Source: Paraspadella gotoi | Taxonomy: Eukaryota > Animalia > Chaetognatha | Direction of reading: 5' to 3' | DNA length: 64,000 nucleotides | NCBI GenBank assembly: GCA_051294375.1 | Contig: CM119266.1 | Location: 12,005,180-12,069,179, forward strand | In this document: piece by piece, positions 49,183 through 62,380 of the stretch | Layout: each line of letters begins with the position of its first letter | Numbering within the stretch: position 1 is the stretch's first letter | Made by a program: the position numbers and the translations under genes | Notes under the pieces: generated by a model | What the model saw: the letters and a program-made list of their open reading frames with translations, nothing else | What the model was told of the DNA's origin: nothing | Databases searched by the model: none

Positions 49183-49917
49183 TGAACTCATAAAGCATAA
49201 ATGATCAAAATGACGGCATATTTAATGTCATTATAGAAAATTAAAAGACCATTTGAAAGAATTAGAATTAAAATTAAAATATTATTAGAATTAAAATATT
49301 GATATTTTTATATAAAAATTAGGCAATAAGGTAATTTTTTTTAAAAGTTTGTCGTTAGCGGTTTTCGCGATGTAATCCGAACTATGTCCCACCTTCACGA
49401 ATCACAAAGCGTGAAAAACGTTTGATGCAGCTCGTTCGGCGTTCGGAGAGCAAAAGGATCAACCTCAAGACTGTCTCGATTTGAAAACTTGAATCTCAGC
49501 AGAGGTCGACTTAACCTTGAGATTAAGGTTGAAAGTAAAGTAAAAGATGAGAATGCGGAGGCTTTACAGGATATAACATAAAACTTTTCATTTTGTTTTG
49601 TTTTTAAAATTTAAAATATTATATTTATCAATCTTGTTTTTCTTTCGATTAACATTTTGTAGAAAAAATCCTAATTAATGAAATAACTACCTTTTAATAG
49701 TGTTTTAACAATCAAATGATCTCGAGATTTATTACTAAAGTGCAAAGTATTTAGAAAACGGCCTCAGCCGAGAGGACGCAGGTTGTCGAAAAATGAAACG
49801 GATAAATCAGAAAAAATAAGAAGCAAAATATTTCAATAATAAAAACGGGGAGAATTGAGGCAACGAATCGGGCATTCCAAATCGACGATCGATCAACACA
49901 AAATCTCTCTCTCTCTC

Positions 49918-49927
49918 NNNNNNNNNN
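49918..49927. other. assembly gap (10 N) inside a (CT)n tract
   Basis: N run. Confidence 0.99.
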
Positions 49928-51852
49928 TCTCTCTCTCTCTTTATTTCTTTTTATTTAAAAGTAAAAACACTCGACGTTGAGTAAACAGTGCGTCCGACAA
50001 CGGAGGCTCTGTGTGTTTACTCACTTATTATCGAGTCGACAGGGGGAAAAAAGCAGCAGGAACTGAGCATGCAACACATGAGTTACACTTTTCTTTTTCC
50101 TTGTCGAAAACCTCCCGAAAAACCAATTGCCAGGTCTTAATGAGAGAAGAGCGTGAGGAGAAAAAGAGTTTTTGCCATCGGTTACCGTTGGTCGTAAAGT
50201 AAAAAAAATATCGAATCTATCTGTTGATTTTTTCGGAACTTTAACCTTCAAAATCAGTTTAAATTTTATTTTCATAATCACAAAAATGTAACTCTCATAC
50301 TCAATAGCGAAACAAGCGGTCATCCGACGTAAAAGTTCAGGTTTTTGAAGGTAGTGGCATGTCCCGAAGCGGACCTGGATTGTGTAACATGCAAGAATGG
50401 ACGAAATTGAAATCCTGCAGTTGTTTCAAAATGGCAGATTTGCTTCTATAAATCCGTTAGAGAGCGCTTTTGCAAACTTTGTACTTGAAAAAGACTGCGG
50501 TTCTGGCAAGAAACAAAAAGTTGTCCACTTCTAAGAATTCTCTTAGAACCACGAGAACTTCTAGTATAATTTTCTAAATGTTGTAAGTTCTATTATCAGA
50601 TATTCGATTATAAAATATTTTTAATTTTTGTTTTGATAATCGTACGCATGAGTCACGAGGGCCACTAAACCTCTAAAGTTTTTTTTTGTCAGAACTCAGA
50701 ACAAAGAATCAAACTCAAGTATCAATTTAAAAAATGCTTTGATTTAAAATAAACCTTGTTCCTTTTATTCCGAAAGTTCTAAATTACTGAAGATAAACGA
50801 AGTTTTGTTGTTTCCTTTATCCATACCTTTTTATAAACTCTTCAAAAATGACTGCCTTTTCAATATTGAAATACAGAACGATGAATCTCGCAAAGCCATT
50901 GAAAGAAAAAATGATAGTAATAAAACTTTTTACCTACAGCTTTGCCGTTTTTTTTTTGTTTTTTTTTTTTTTGTTTCGTGTTTTATTTCCGCGGCGTAGT
51001 TTTGATAACACAGAAATAAAAATAGAGAGGAATGCCATAACTACCTTCTCGTAGGCAACTAAATTACCCAGAGTCATCATAAGTCTCTCTTTCTTTCGTT
51101 TCCTTTTTTTTTCTCGTCAATTTCCAAATGTCAGTTAAGTTCTACTCAAATTTATATTTTGATTGTAAAACACCCAAATCAGCACTAAACGGTAAAAACA
51201 ATCCTTCGACGTCTTTGCTATTGGTGAAATAGTAAAGCGTAAAAAAGATCAATTCGAAATAAAATGTCACTAAGCCGGACTGAACAACTCCAAAGAAAGG
51301 ACAGTAAAAGTCTCGCCTGATCGAGCCACCCCTTCCCCCCCAAAAAAATGGGGGGACAGAGGATTGGAAGGGAGCTGGCGACCAAAAATAGAAGACGACA
51401 AAAGCGACGACGAGCGGCGACGTCGTGAACGACGACGTGAGAACGCCGACGTCGGTGGCGACGACGAAGGCGCGCCGCGTCGTTCGGACGGAAAAATCGT
51501 GACGCTGATCTTGAACGGAGGACGAAAATCCAATTAAAAAAAAAAAAATCTGAACGATTCGCCATCTTTGAATATTTTTTTTTCGGTTCGTGACGATTGG
51601 ATAAAATAAAAAGGGAATCGAATTCCGACGCATTTCCGTGGAAAAGGAAACTAAAAGGAAACCTAAAGACTAGTGAATTCGATATTTTTTTTTTACGCGT
51701 GGCGTAAATTTTTTTTTGGCGCCGCTCGTTATTCTACCCTTGAGTCGGCGTCGTATTAAAAAAAAGAGCCAACTGGAGGCGCCGGGGAAATTTATGCAAG
51801 TTCGATATACTTTTCCGGCGCCAACGAGATTCTCGGTCAGTTTCGCCGCGCG

Positions 51853-52181
51853 ATGGCGCCGCTCCGTTCGCCGGCGACGGATTCCATCTTCGTCGTCTTT
51901 CTCCTCCTCGTCTTCGCCGCCGGCGCCTCCAGCGACGCCGGCGGAAGAATCGTCAGCATCGTCATCGCCGACATCACTGATTACGACATCACAGTCCGTT
52001 GGGTCTACAAACCGCCGAGGTTTGTTGAAATGTGAAAAGTCAGTGAAAATATTCCGCTGAAGGTGGCGGATATCTGGGTGGCGAACAGGGTTCACATACG
52101 TCAACTCCCAAACAATATTAAAAAATGGAGAGTTTTGAGGTATAAACAGATTCTGCCGAATGGAGGGAGAGACGAATGGGA

Positions 52182-52240
<59 letters not shown>

Positions 52241-53664
52241 ATTTAAAACCATGTACCATTTACCATGTACATTCTAGATGATTTGTTATGAAACTTCGAA
52301 ATTCAAATTTAAGAAAAACTTTTAAAATTGAATTAAATTTTATTCTTCTATCTACGCGGATTCGAACAATAACTTTCCTTTATTCGACTCCCAAGGCTCG
52401 GGAGTAGGGAACAATGTGATAATCTTTATGACTCGTAGATTTAACCCTTTAGGTTTAATAAAAAAAAAAGTTATTCCCGCTCGCTCCGGAAAATGATTGT
52501 CGATTAAGAATTCCAGTAGAGTCGATAAAAATATATAAAATGAGAAAAATGAAATAAATCTTTTATTAAAAAATGGTTTGGCTATTTATTTTCACATCTC
52601 TTTTATCATAAGGATTATAATTATTCATAGCCATAAACACAACAAAAAATTATTCTACTAAAATAAAACATCGTTGTTCCAACTAATTCTTTTTAGCGCG
52701 CCGCGTCGAATTTCGACTACGCCGCGGCCGACAGAAACCTACAGTCCGGCACCTTTCGGTCAAGAATCGCCAGACCTCGTAATGTCGGCCATGACGTCCG
52801 AGTCTCGCCCCTCGGTCTCACCGACATCGTCGCCGGGTAACGACGATCAGAACTTCAACATCTCGTCGCTGGCCGCGACGACGACGAAGACGACGACGAC
52901 GACGACGACGACGACGGTCAAAGTCAAGAAATTTCGGCCTAAATTTGTGGTCACGTGTTACCTTAACGAAAATAATTCTACAGCCAAGGTTAAGGTTAAT
53001 ATATATCGCAATAAAACAGTAAATTAAGTTAAACAAAAACTTTTGAAATTAAATTAATGTTTTTTGATTGATTAATTGGTTGGTTAATTGAATGATAGAC
53101 GGACTGGTTTATAGTACATGAATTCATAGAGTTTCTTTGACTGATTGATTGATTAATGCTTAAAGCGATCAGTTGAATGGTAAATGTTTCCTTACATCCG
53201 CTTTTTTTTCGCCCGACAATCTAATCAAGTTCCTCAACCAATCACCGATCTCATTCCCACGATCCAGGTGTCCGAGTCTCACCCGATTTCCCTCTCGAAA
53301 AACGTCTACATCGTTCGGGATTTGATTCCGGGAGCGAGATACCAAATATGCATCCAACTCACGAGACCGTAAGCAAAGGTGGGGGTCGGGGGGTGGAGGG
53401 AGAAGAATTGGGGGGAGAGAAAACAATATACTGTATATATAAGCAAGTTTCGAAGAAACTTAGAAAAAGAGAAAAGACTATCATTCTTATGCGCGGCGTC
53501 TGTTTGCATACAATATCGCGGGACTATTTTTTTCTTTCCAGACTGTAGAATAGAGTATATGGAGAAGATCAGCTGCGATTTAGTAGACTCGATTGACTAC
53601 AGTTATCAGCTGGGACTCCTAGGAGTCCGGAATAAAATAGTGGGGGAGAAAGAAAGAAATAAAA

Positions 53665-53761
<97 letters not shown>

Positions 53762-56700
53762 ATTGGTTCTCAAGACTCAATTCTTCCTTCTCGATTTTAA
53801 CTAGTTGAGTAATTTTATATCGCGATTATTTCCTTATTCTGCAGATGGCGACGACGACGCCACAACGACTCGCGCCATCAGTCCCGTCACGGGAGGGCGT
53901 GGCGCAAGAGACGGCGAGAGGCTGACGACGAACGGCGGCGAAGTTCAGAGAAGTGTGTCGAGGGTGAGACGACCATTAAGCGGCAAGGTGAGTTCGAAGG
54001 GAAAACGAGTCGATGATGGATAATAGATGTATGCTGATGTGTGAGCCCCGGAGGGGCGGATGTGGGGAGTCGTGTGAGCGAGTGATAATGGTAATTGGGT
54101 AATTGGTTTCTGTCTGAGGTTTGCAAAGACGTTGACTGTCTGGTTTTGGAGTCATAAAAAGATTTAAAAAAAATAAAGCTATGATTTGGGAAATGGGAAA
54201 GGGAAACTGCTCGAGATAGAAAAAGCCATTAGGGTCTAGGTGGTGAGAATAAAAAAAAGGTAAGCGGGCGGGGAAATCACCATAAAGGGAAGAAGGCGGT
54301 GATTGAATTTTCAGTCGACCGAAGACGAGGGATTAGCGAGCGAGGAATAACGCTCTCGTCACCAGGTGAGGCAAAGTCGGGGGAAAAGGAACCGTTCTGG
54401 CTCTTCTGTTTTTTTTTCTTTGTTTTTTTTTCTGCGCAGCAATGGAGTCTAGTCTCATCTTTTAATTATACGTAGTATACGTTTTAAATTGTCTTTAAAA
54501 AATAAATAATAGGGAGAAAAATAGATTTCAAGAATTAATTAGTGCTCGGAAAGTATCGAGTCGTCGTGGCAACAACAACAACAACAACTGCCACATCATC
54601 TTAAATTTTTTTTTTTTCTTGATCGTTAGTCTCAAGATTAATGACTCCAATAACTGCGACCACGATCACTTAACGGAAAACTAATGAGATTGACATAATG
54701 ATAATCCTAAAACAAACAAGTCTGCAAACGAACCAAGTTTTTTTTTTCCAAATACCGGCTGAGCCTTAGTCTAAGAAGCCAAATTAATTTAATTTTTTTT
54801 TACTCAAACCAAGAGTTATTAAAAAAAACCCAGTAAATCAAGATGAATGTTAAGGTTTTCGCCGTCGTCGTCGTCCTCGTTGTCGGCGTCATTTCCGGAG
54901 TCACAGGTGAGAAAAAGAATGGCAGTACGACTTAAAACCCACCTCATCGTTGTCAGTCCTCGGCCTCGTCTCTTTGGCCGAACGGGATAAATCATCTTGT
55001 CTAAATTAGGCTAAACATGTCTATATACCTGTCTAAAAATTCCAGTCACTGAGGGTCCGCTGACCCTTTGCCAGTTGGTGAGATCCCCGCGCCTTCCGTT
55101 GCCATAGCATAAGGATGAAAGGACTGACTCTTGGAAGATTGTCTGTTGTGTTTTTAGACGAATTAGGGAAATCACAAAACGGGCCGTTTACTAAAGCTGT
55201 TTTAGGAAGGTAGGTGGAGAGTTGAACGCCGTGAAAGCCCTGTGCTGCAATTGAATCGTGGGCAGCGTGAAAAACGGCTGGACTGTGAATCTATAGATGA
55301 CGGTCTGACATTTTTGTTTTCTCTCGGACCAAGGACAAAATGAGAAGGAAGTCTGCGATTTGGCCAACTCGGCTTTGGATTATATTTATAAGAATCATTT
55401 TATATTGAAGGGCGTGGACTCCTTTTTTCAGATTCCATGAACTAAGAGGGTCTCTAAGGATATTATATGAAAAACAATTGTTTGAAAAAACTACAACCAT
55501 GTCGCTCCATCCTCTTGGAGCGCTCTTACCTAGATATTTCAGAAAAACTTCGTTTACTTCAACATCGATATGTTTCTCAACAAACGCGAGGGTCGGGGAT
55601 TTGTGGCGATGCAATGCCTGGGTGTATTACTTGTCCGGTCATCCGTGTGACATGAAGGATATGGGAAAACCCGGAAAAATTGTAAAAGCGTCAAGATCGG
55701 AGAGAGAAATTCCTTTGTTCGATTTGGGCAGAAGAGAAATAGAGATGTCTGGATAATTTTTATTTACAGTTATTTTTAGTGATTTTTCATTTATCAAGAC
55801 AATAAAAAACAATTTTCGTAAAATCGTTTTTATTTATTATACGCATTATAAAGGGAGTTCATAGAACGATCATTCGTTTAAAATTAAATTATTGGAGAAA
55901 CGGTGTTTCGATCCAAATGCAAGACTTTGCAACCGGGTGTGGGTGACGAGGAAGTGGCGCGGGGGTGGTGACCACGATGGCGAGGGCGGCCGCAACGCGC
56001 ACGCGCGGGCGTCAGTCTCCGAAGGCCTAACCGCCGATATGTTTTCGTTTTCATCTCTCGCGCGGAGTCATAACAACCCGAGAACGGATATGTACTCGCT
56101 TTATTTTTACATTTATAGTCACGGATCTGACGATCGCTGAAACGACTGGAATGAATATCTTTTTGGTCGGTCGGTCTGTGTCAAAAGATAAAGGATTATG
56201 GATTATGGCAACGGGGGGACATGTGTGATGCCTGGGGTGTGAGGCATCTCCCGACAGCTGGCGCTCAGGGATCGAATCCCACAGACCTGCAGTGACTACC
56301 AGTAAATAAAATAATTTTTAGAAAAACCGTGATCCAAAGAGTGAAAGAGCGTTTCAAAGTTTCTCCCCACCGTTTTCTTAATTCTTCGTTTCTCCGTTAT
56401 TTATTGCCGGCTTATCTCGAGTTTACGGCGTTTTTACGGTGGATTTTTTTTTTCGCTTTTGAGTTAGAAAAACTTTGCGGAATTTTTAAATTTAAAATTT
56501 TTTTGGTCATTCCTCTTGAGATGAGAAATGCGGAGCGGAAGTTAGGACCTTTGAAAAAGTGGAAAAAAGAGTCGCCAGTGAAAGCGAACGTTTGAAAAAA
56601 AATTAGTTAGTTGAGTACCTTGGAGTGTGACGCATATAACAGAAGAATGCTAGAATGAGTGGTGCATGTTAACATGTAGATTGTAGAATGTATATTGGGT

Positions 56701-58027
56701 TTAAGAGGAAAGGTCATTCAGCATAACAATACGTAATCATTGATGTAAAAGAGCTAATACATCGAGAAATACATCGTAATCACCAGTATCACCAAAAAAA
56801 GTTTTTAATTTATATGTCACATTGTGGTTTTAATATTTTTTTTTAAAATCGGTAAATAAGCAAATTGTTAAGTTAAATGGTAAGCGGACATTTCTTTAAA
56901 GATTTGTTTTTAATCTGTTTGTTAAAAATTCTAGGTAAGAAGTTAAAACACGCGTATTGGTTAGTTCTGTAGAAGGGGGGAATTAGAAACAAATTAATCT
57001 CGTTACTCTGTTGGTTTTCACAGTCCATGAACAAAAATCGTTCAAGTTAAATAGATGGTAAAGAAATTGCGGAGCTACAATGAATTCTACACTGAATTTG
57101 AAGAGTTGCAGCCTAAGACCGACTGCAATAATATTGAATTGAAAAATTTGATAGTAATCTTAAAACATTTGTAAAAATGGTAATAGAGAGCACATTTTGA
57201 TAAACGTGTTTCCAGTTTAGAAAGAATTCAGGGTTAAAGTTTAAAAACTTTTCATTTTCAAGGATACAAGTTGAAATTTTAAGAATGTCCTTCTCTATTA
57301 CATTTTTTCGAATTCAGTATAAAGAAAATTCATATAAAAAATATCAAGATTAGGATTGGTCCCTTTTCGTTTGAACTGCACTCTTCAGATAGGGTTTCTT
57401 TTATTTTATATTATAGATTTAGAAGCCGAGTATAAACTGGGGTAGATGGCATGCAAATATTTAAAGTGAATCATTTTTCGGAAATCGCCAGGAAGCTCAG
57501 CTTTCTGAATTTGTACTCCATTTTGGCCTAATTTTGAAGTTGAATTGAGATTATTAAGGACCCTTTTTCTTATAAATCAATCAAATCAATCAATCGGAAA
57601 AATTGCTAATCCTTCGAAATTTCTACTTATGGTGGACTAAAATCCCCAAACCGTTTATCAGCGGCCATTGTTGCAGAGATATCTCAGACGTCGTCTCTTC
57701 AATCTTCAAATGTGTTTACCAACCTTTCGATGTTTTTTCCCTCCGAATCCCAATCCCGTTTTTTTTTTCTTCTTTTAGTTTTTTCTTTCTTTTTTTCTTT
57801 CTATCAATTTCGATTCTTTTCTGATCGGAATCCGGCTCAAATGTCTGACTCTTTATTCGGGAGGCATCATGTCATCTCTTTCTTTCTATCTTTTTTTTGT
57901 CTCTCTCTCTTTCTTTCCTTTTGACTTTCTTTCTCTCTTTCTTTAGATCTTTCGTTATTTCTTTCCTTTTCTTTGTCCCTCGGTCTCGGTTCCTTCAGTG
58001 GAGTTGAGTTTGGAAAGAGATGAATGG

Positions 58028-58116
<89 letters not shown>

Positions 58117-58593
58117 CGGGGTAAAGAAAGTAAGAGAGTGCCACTCGGTCACGTTCAATTTTCAAGCTCACCGATTTAACTTCTGGATTTCCGCGATTAA
58201 AGTCGCCCTTTCCCATTCCTTTCCCCTACCCCCACCCCGTCCCCTTTTACACCCTCCCCACCTCAAAAACCCCCAGGGGTCCTCTTCGGCGCCATCTTCG
58301 GCGTCGCCTTCATCGCCCTCGTCATATTCGGCATCTTCCAGATGAACCAGACCTACATCAAGCGGCAGCGTCGTAAGCAGCGCGACAAGGAAAAGATGCT
58401 GCGCCGCCGCTCCGAGCTGTCAAAGGCGTCGTCGCGGAAATCATCGTCCCTGGACGTTCTCGACATCGCCACCTCGGGCGGCGCCGGCGACGCCTCCACC
58501 CTCATCGACGAGCCATTGGCGCCGGCGTTCGCGTCGTCGTCTTCCGCGGCGCTGCCCAAGTTGACCGAAGAGACGATCGAGGAGGAAGATTAA
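51853..58593 (+). CDS. Type-I membrane protein with signal peptide, one split fibronectin type-III domain, TM helix and basic/acidic cytoplasmic tail (about 356 aa); exons 51853-52019, 52697-52988, 53268-53368, 53845-53987, 54315-54365, 58277-58593
   Basis: Signal IFVVFLLLVFAAGASS. FN3 strands IVIADITDYDITVRW ... FVVTCY ... YIVRDLIPGARYQICIQL ... EKCVEGETT. TM GVLFGAIFGVAFIALVIFGIF followed by KRQRRKQR. All introns GT-AG, phases 2,0,2,1,1 consistent. Confidence 0.82.
54843..54906 (+). CDS. Putative alternative first exon encoding a signal-peptide-like hydrophobic peptide MNVKVFAVVVVLVVGVISGVT
   Basis: ATG at 54843, strong donor CAG|gtgaga at 54907; its phase 1 matches the acceptor at 58277. 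Confidence 0.45.
56221..56300 (+). mobile_element. possible tRNA-like SINE head remnant
   Basis: B-box-like GGGATCGAATCCC preceded by a GC-rich hairpin (gatgcct...aggcatc); no full cloverleaf. Confidence 0.3.
57631..57676 (+). mobile_element. 5' fragment of the same SINE-like family (copy 3, truncated)
   Basis: ggtggactaaaatccccaaaccgtttatcagcggccattgttgc matches the start of copy 2. Confidence 0.7.
58033..58111. repeat. (AG)n microsatellite
   Basis: Read directly; further AG tracts at about 52182, 53665, 59315, 61648, 61818, 62320 and 63944. Confidence 0.95.
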
Positions 58594-59313
58594 ACTTTCG
58601 GAATCGTCGTCTTGACGACGAAGACGCAAAAAACAAAAACAAAAAAATGATAAATAGAGAGTGAAAACAAAACGAGCGAAAAACGAGACGCATTTTTGTC
58701 CCTTCAGAGATTGTTGACATGTTCTTTTTTTACCGTTTTAGGCGTGTTTTGAATACATGTTTGTGTCCTTGTACCGAGTATCAATCAGTAACATATTCAC
58801 ATTAAAACTTAACAGAATGGGTTTTTAGATTATATTCCCCTAAAATTAATTAAATTATTTTAATTTTTCAAACTTTATTTTTTAATATTCTAAAAAAAAA
58901 GTTTTTTTAAGACGAAATTCTATCCATTTTTATTTATTTGATAATAAAATTTTTTTATCGTTCGATTTAAAATTACCTTTCACACCATTCAATTGAAGTC
59001 CTCCCTTCATAAAAATCCTCTAAACCTTTTCCATTGCCCCCTATCTCCCACCCAATAAAAAAAAAATCCAGTTTCCCTTTTATTTTCGATTAGCGCCCCT
59101 CGCGTTACAAAGACGAAAATAACATTTCCCGGAAATTGAGAGAGTAAGCGAAGATGGCGGGTTTCTTTTCGACGGAGGCCATTTCCATATTTTTCAATCT
59201 CGAGTTTCGAGTAAAGAAGCTCAATGTAGTTCGACTCGATTCGACGACCTTCCGAGAACGAGCCGAAGGACGTGAGCGGGGTGGAAAGGAAGTTCCGGAG
59301 AGGAGATAGTAAT

Positions 59314-59402
<89 letters not shown>

Positions 59403-60107
59403 AGATTAAGAGATGAATTTTTAAACATGACTTAATCACGAGGAGAGTTGTCACTCCATAAAATTTGACAACTATCGAGTTAGACGAAGATTTATTACGA
59501 CGTAGTACACATTTTTTTAAGCAGCGGAGATATTTATTTGTAATGTACAGCTGATTGCGTAAGAAACAACTTGTTTACTTCTCTTTGTTTAAACTTTTTC
59601 TGTTCGGAGAGTTGTCCAAAACGTCGGAAGAATCTAGTTTTCACAACTTCCCTAAAATATGCTAAAGTGACCTCTCCCCCCCTAAAAAGTAAATGATTAA
59701 AAAATGTTTAATTGAAAAAAGATTGAATAAGACGTCCTACAAAATCCGTCTGACTTGTTTATAGGCCTTAATCGAAAATATTTTACTTATAAACCATTTA
59801 GACGAACAATATTGTTGTATAGAAAAAAATTGTATTTTTTCAATTTGATGTAACTCACATTCCTTGTCGGCTTGTAGTTGTACTATTTTTTGTGTGATGT
59901 TTTTGCTTCATTTATCCGTTGTCATCCAGAGTCAGATTTCGTGAGTAAATGGTAAATGTGATCACTTTTTAATTCTTAGTAATTGAAAATCAAAGTCAGG
60001 GGTAAAATTTGTAAACAGCTACAAAAACCTTGCAAAGTAAATATAGAATTTTTACATGGTTTTGACTAAATTTTTTAGATGAATAAGTTTTTTAAAGTGT
60101 TGGTAAT

Positions 60108-60715
60108 TTATAAATCTTGTCCCAATCGTTCAATTTCGTCCAAAAGAAACTTGACATCTTCAAGTTTTGACGCCGGGTTTGAGATGATGAGCCTAAAAAA
60201 GAAAAAAAAGTTTTGCAGAACTGATGTCACCTGAATTTCTCAGGTTTCTTTTTTTTTTTAAACTTACTAAGTAGATACAAAAAATGAGAGGCTTGGCATT
60301 AATTCGTATAGATTTATACCAGGAGGGTCAGTTCAAAAACAGACAATCCATATTGATTTACGCTATATAAAGTATAGCAGCTTTAATACTAGATGAAAGG
60401 TCCAAAATATTCTCTTTCTGAAAGGCCTTTTCCTACGGTGGCCAAATCGAATGTCGCTTGACTCTATTTCCACTAATTTATGAGTCGATCCCATCATTTT
60501 TTCTCCTTTATTAACGGGAATGGCCTTGGCCTCTATGATGACAACCCGGGTGGACTTAACAATATCAGCCTTGGCCTCTGTGCTATGATGATGGCCATAC
60601 AATCCGCCTCTGCCTTTAGGATGACAACCAAATCAGCCTGGCGATGACAAAGGTCTACGTCTTGTCATAAAAAGTGTCAACCGGATCAGCTTCAACCTTT
60701 ACAACGATAAGATTG

Positions 60716-60811
<96 letters not shown>

Positions 60812-61687
60812 TTAATATTAATAATAAGAATAATAATATTAATAATAGTTTTAAAGATGAAAGATGAAAAGGCCGTCGCCTTCACGATGACAACTGGATG
60901 AGAACAAGATTTGTCGTGAGTCGTCATGACGACGACCGCATTTGCTCTGGCGTCTAAGACGACAACGGAATCCGTCTCGGCCTCGAAGAAAGGAAAGATT
61001 GAATTGCTCCGTCTCCACCGAGACTCGGGGAAATGCGGAGAAAAGGAAATGGGAGGAAGAGAAGATGGAAACGTAAGAATGGGGATGAAAATAGAAAAAA
61101 AAAAGAAGGGAAAGAGAAAGAGGAAGAGAAAAAGGCCTTGTTTGCCTAAAACAGCCCCATTTCGTCTTAAATTCCGAATTAAATTAGTTTTTTTCTTTTT
61201 TTCGGTTTAGGATTAAATTATGAATTAAGGTTAAAGATTGGGTTAATAAGTCAGGTTACGGATTAGGGGTTTAGGGTTAAATATTAAGGATTAGGGTTAA
61301 GGTTAAAGATTAGGGTTAAGAATGAGGGTTAGGAATAGGTTTGACAACAGATTTGGTTTAAAATTAAATATTAGAGTTAAAACAGAAATCGGGCGGTTTT
61401 GGAAGAAAAATAGGACGTGATTATTGAGAAAGATGCGAAGAAAAAGGGGAGGAAAGGAAATAAAAATGAGGAAAACGTTGGCGGAAAAAGGAAATGTCGC
61501 GGTATGGAAAGAAAAGTGAGGAAGAAAAGGAAGGAAGCGGTTCGAATGAAATGAAATCGAATACAAAAAGGAAAAAAAGGAGGCGGGGAACCAATGGCAT
61601 CCGCGGCAAAAGGCGACACATGAAAAATTGAAATGAAATGGGCAGGATGAGAGAGAGAAGAGAAGAGAGAGAGGAGAGAGAGAGAGA

Positions 61688-61720
<33 letters not shown>

Positions 61721-61837
61721 GAGAGAGAGAGAAATATTCGCGCGAAATGAAACGAACGCTTTTGAATAAAATTAAAATATATAAATTTCGGGGGGAAGAC
61801 GCGGGAATAAGGGAATGAGAGAGAGAGAGAGAGAGAG

Positions 61838-61883
<46 letters not shown>

Positions 61884-62320
61884 GAGAGAGAGAGAGACAG
61901 ATAGAGAGAAAGAGAGAGAGAATGAAAAACGTCTTTGAAAGAGGAGAATAAAGAACCGGAGCCGGTAGAACAATGGCGAAGGCCGGTGATTTAGATTGGA
62001 GGCAGTTTTTAATTGTTTACGGACAGAAGGATTGCATGATTAAATGACTGGAGACTGGAGAGCGTAACTTAACGTGAATGAATTTGTTTCGCTCTAATTC
62101 AAGCGGATATTTAACAACCCGACAGAATAAATAAAACATGAAACGAGTAATTCATAGAATAGGTGCGATCAAATTTAAAATGGTGGAAAGAAGGAAAGAG
62201 CGTGAAAAGAGTAAAGACACTAATGATCTCAGTGAGAATAATGATCGAATCACGCCATTTGTCGAACTCTGATCACCGGTGACAAATTAACGAGAAAATC
62301 CGACGCCGAATTGGGAGAGC

Positions 62321-62380
<60 letters not shown>

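Noticed and set aside
51716-52060. 114-aa Ser-rich ORF as first exon of the FN3 gene
   Set aside because: Wrong phase for the next exon. The overlapping 51853 frame gives the signal peptide and FN3 strands A-B with the correct phase.
53805-54023. ORF DGDDDATTTRAISPVTGG... as the frame of exon 4
   Set aside because: Phase from exon 3 and the FN3 G-strand motif CVEGET favour the Arg-rich frame.
55000-55760. Retroelement or nested coding sequence in the FN3 gene intron (likewise 30500-31600)
   Set aside because: Complex sequence with short ORFs but no motif I can recognise. Possibly decayed transposon, not supportable without a search.
59100-59270. LEIEKYGNGL as the last GAD exon
   Set aside because: A much better match (LIISNPAS...EIERLGQDL*) with a proper acceptor lies at 60192-60108.
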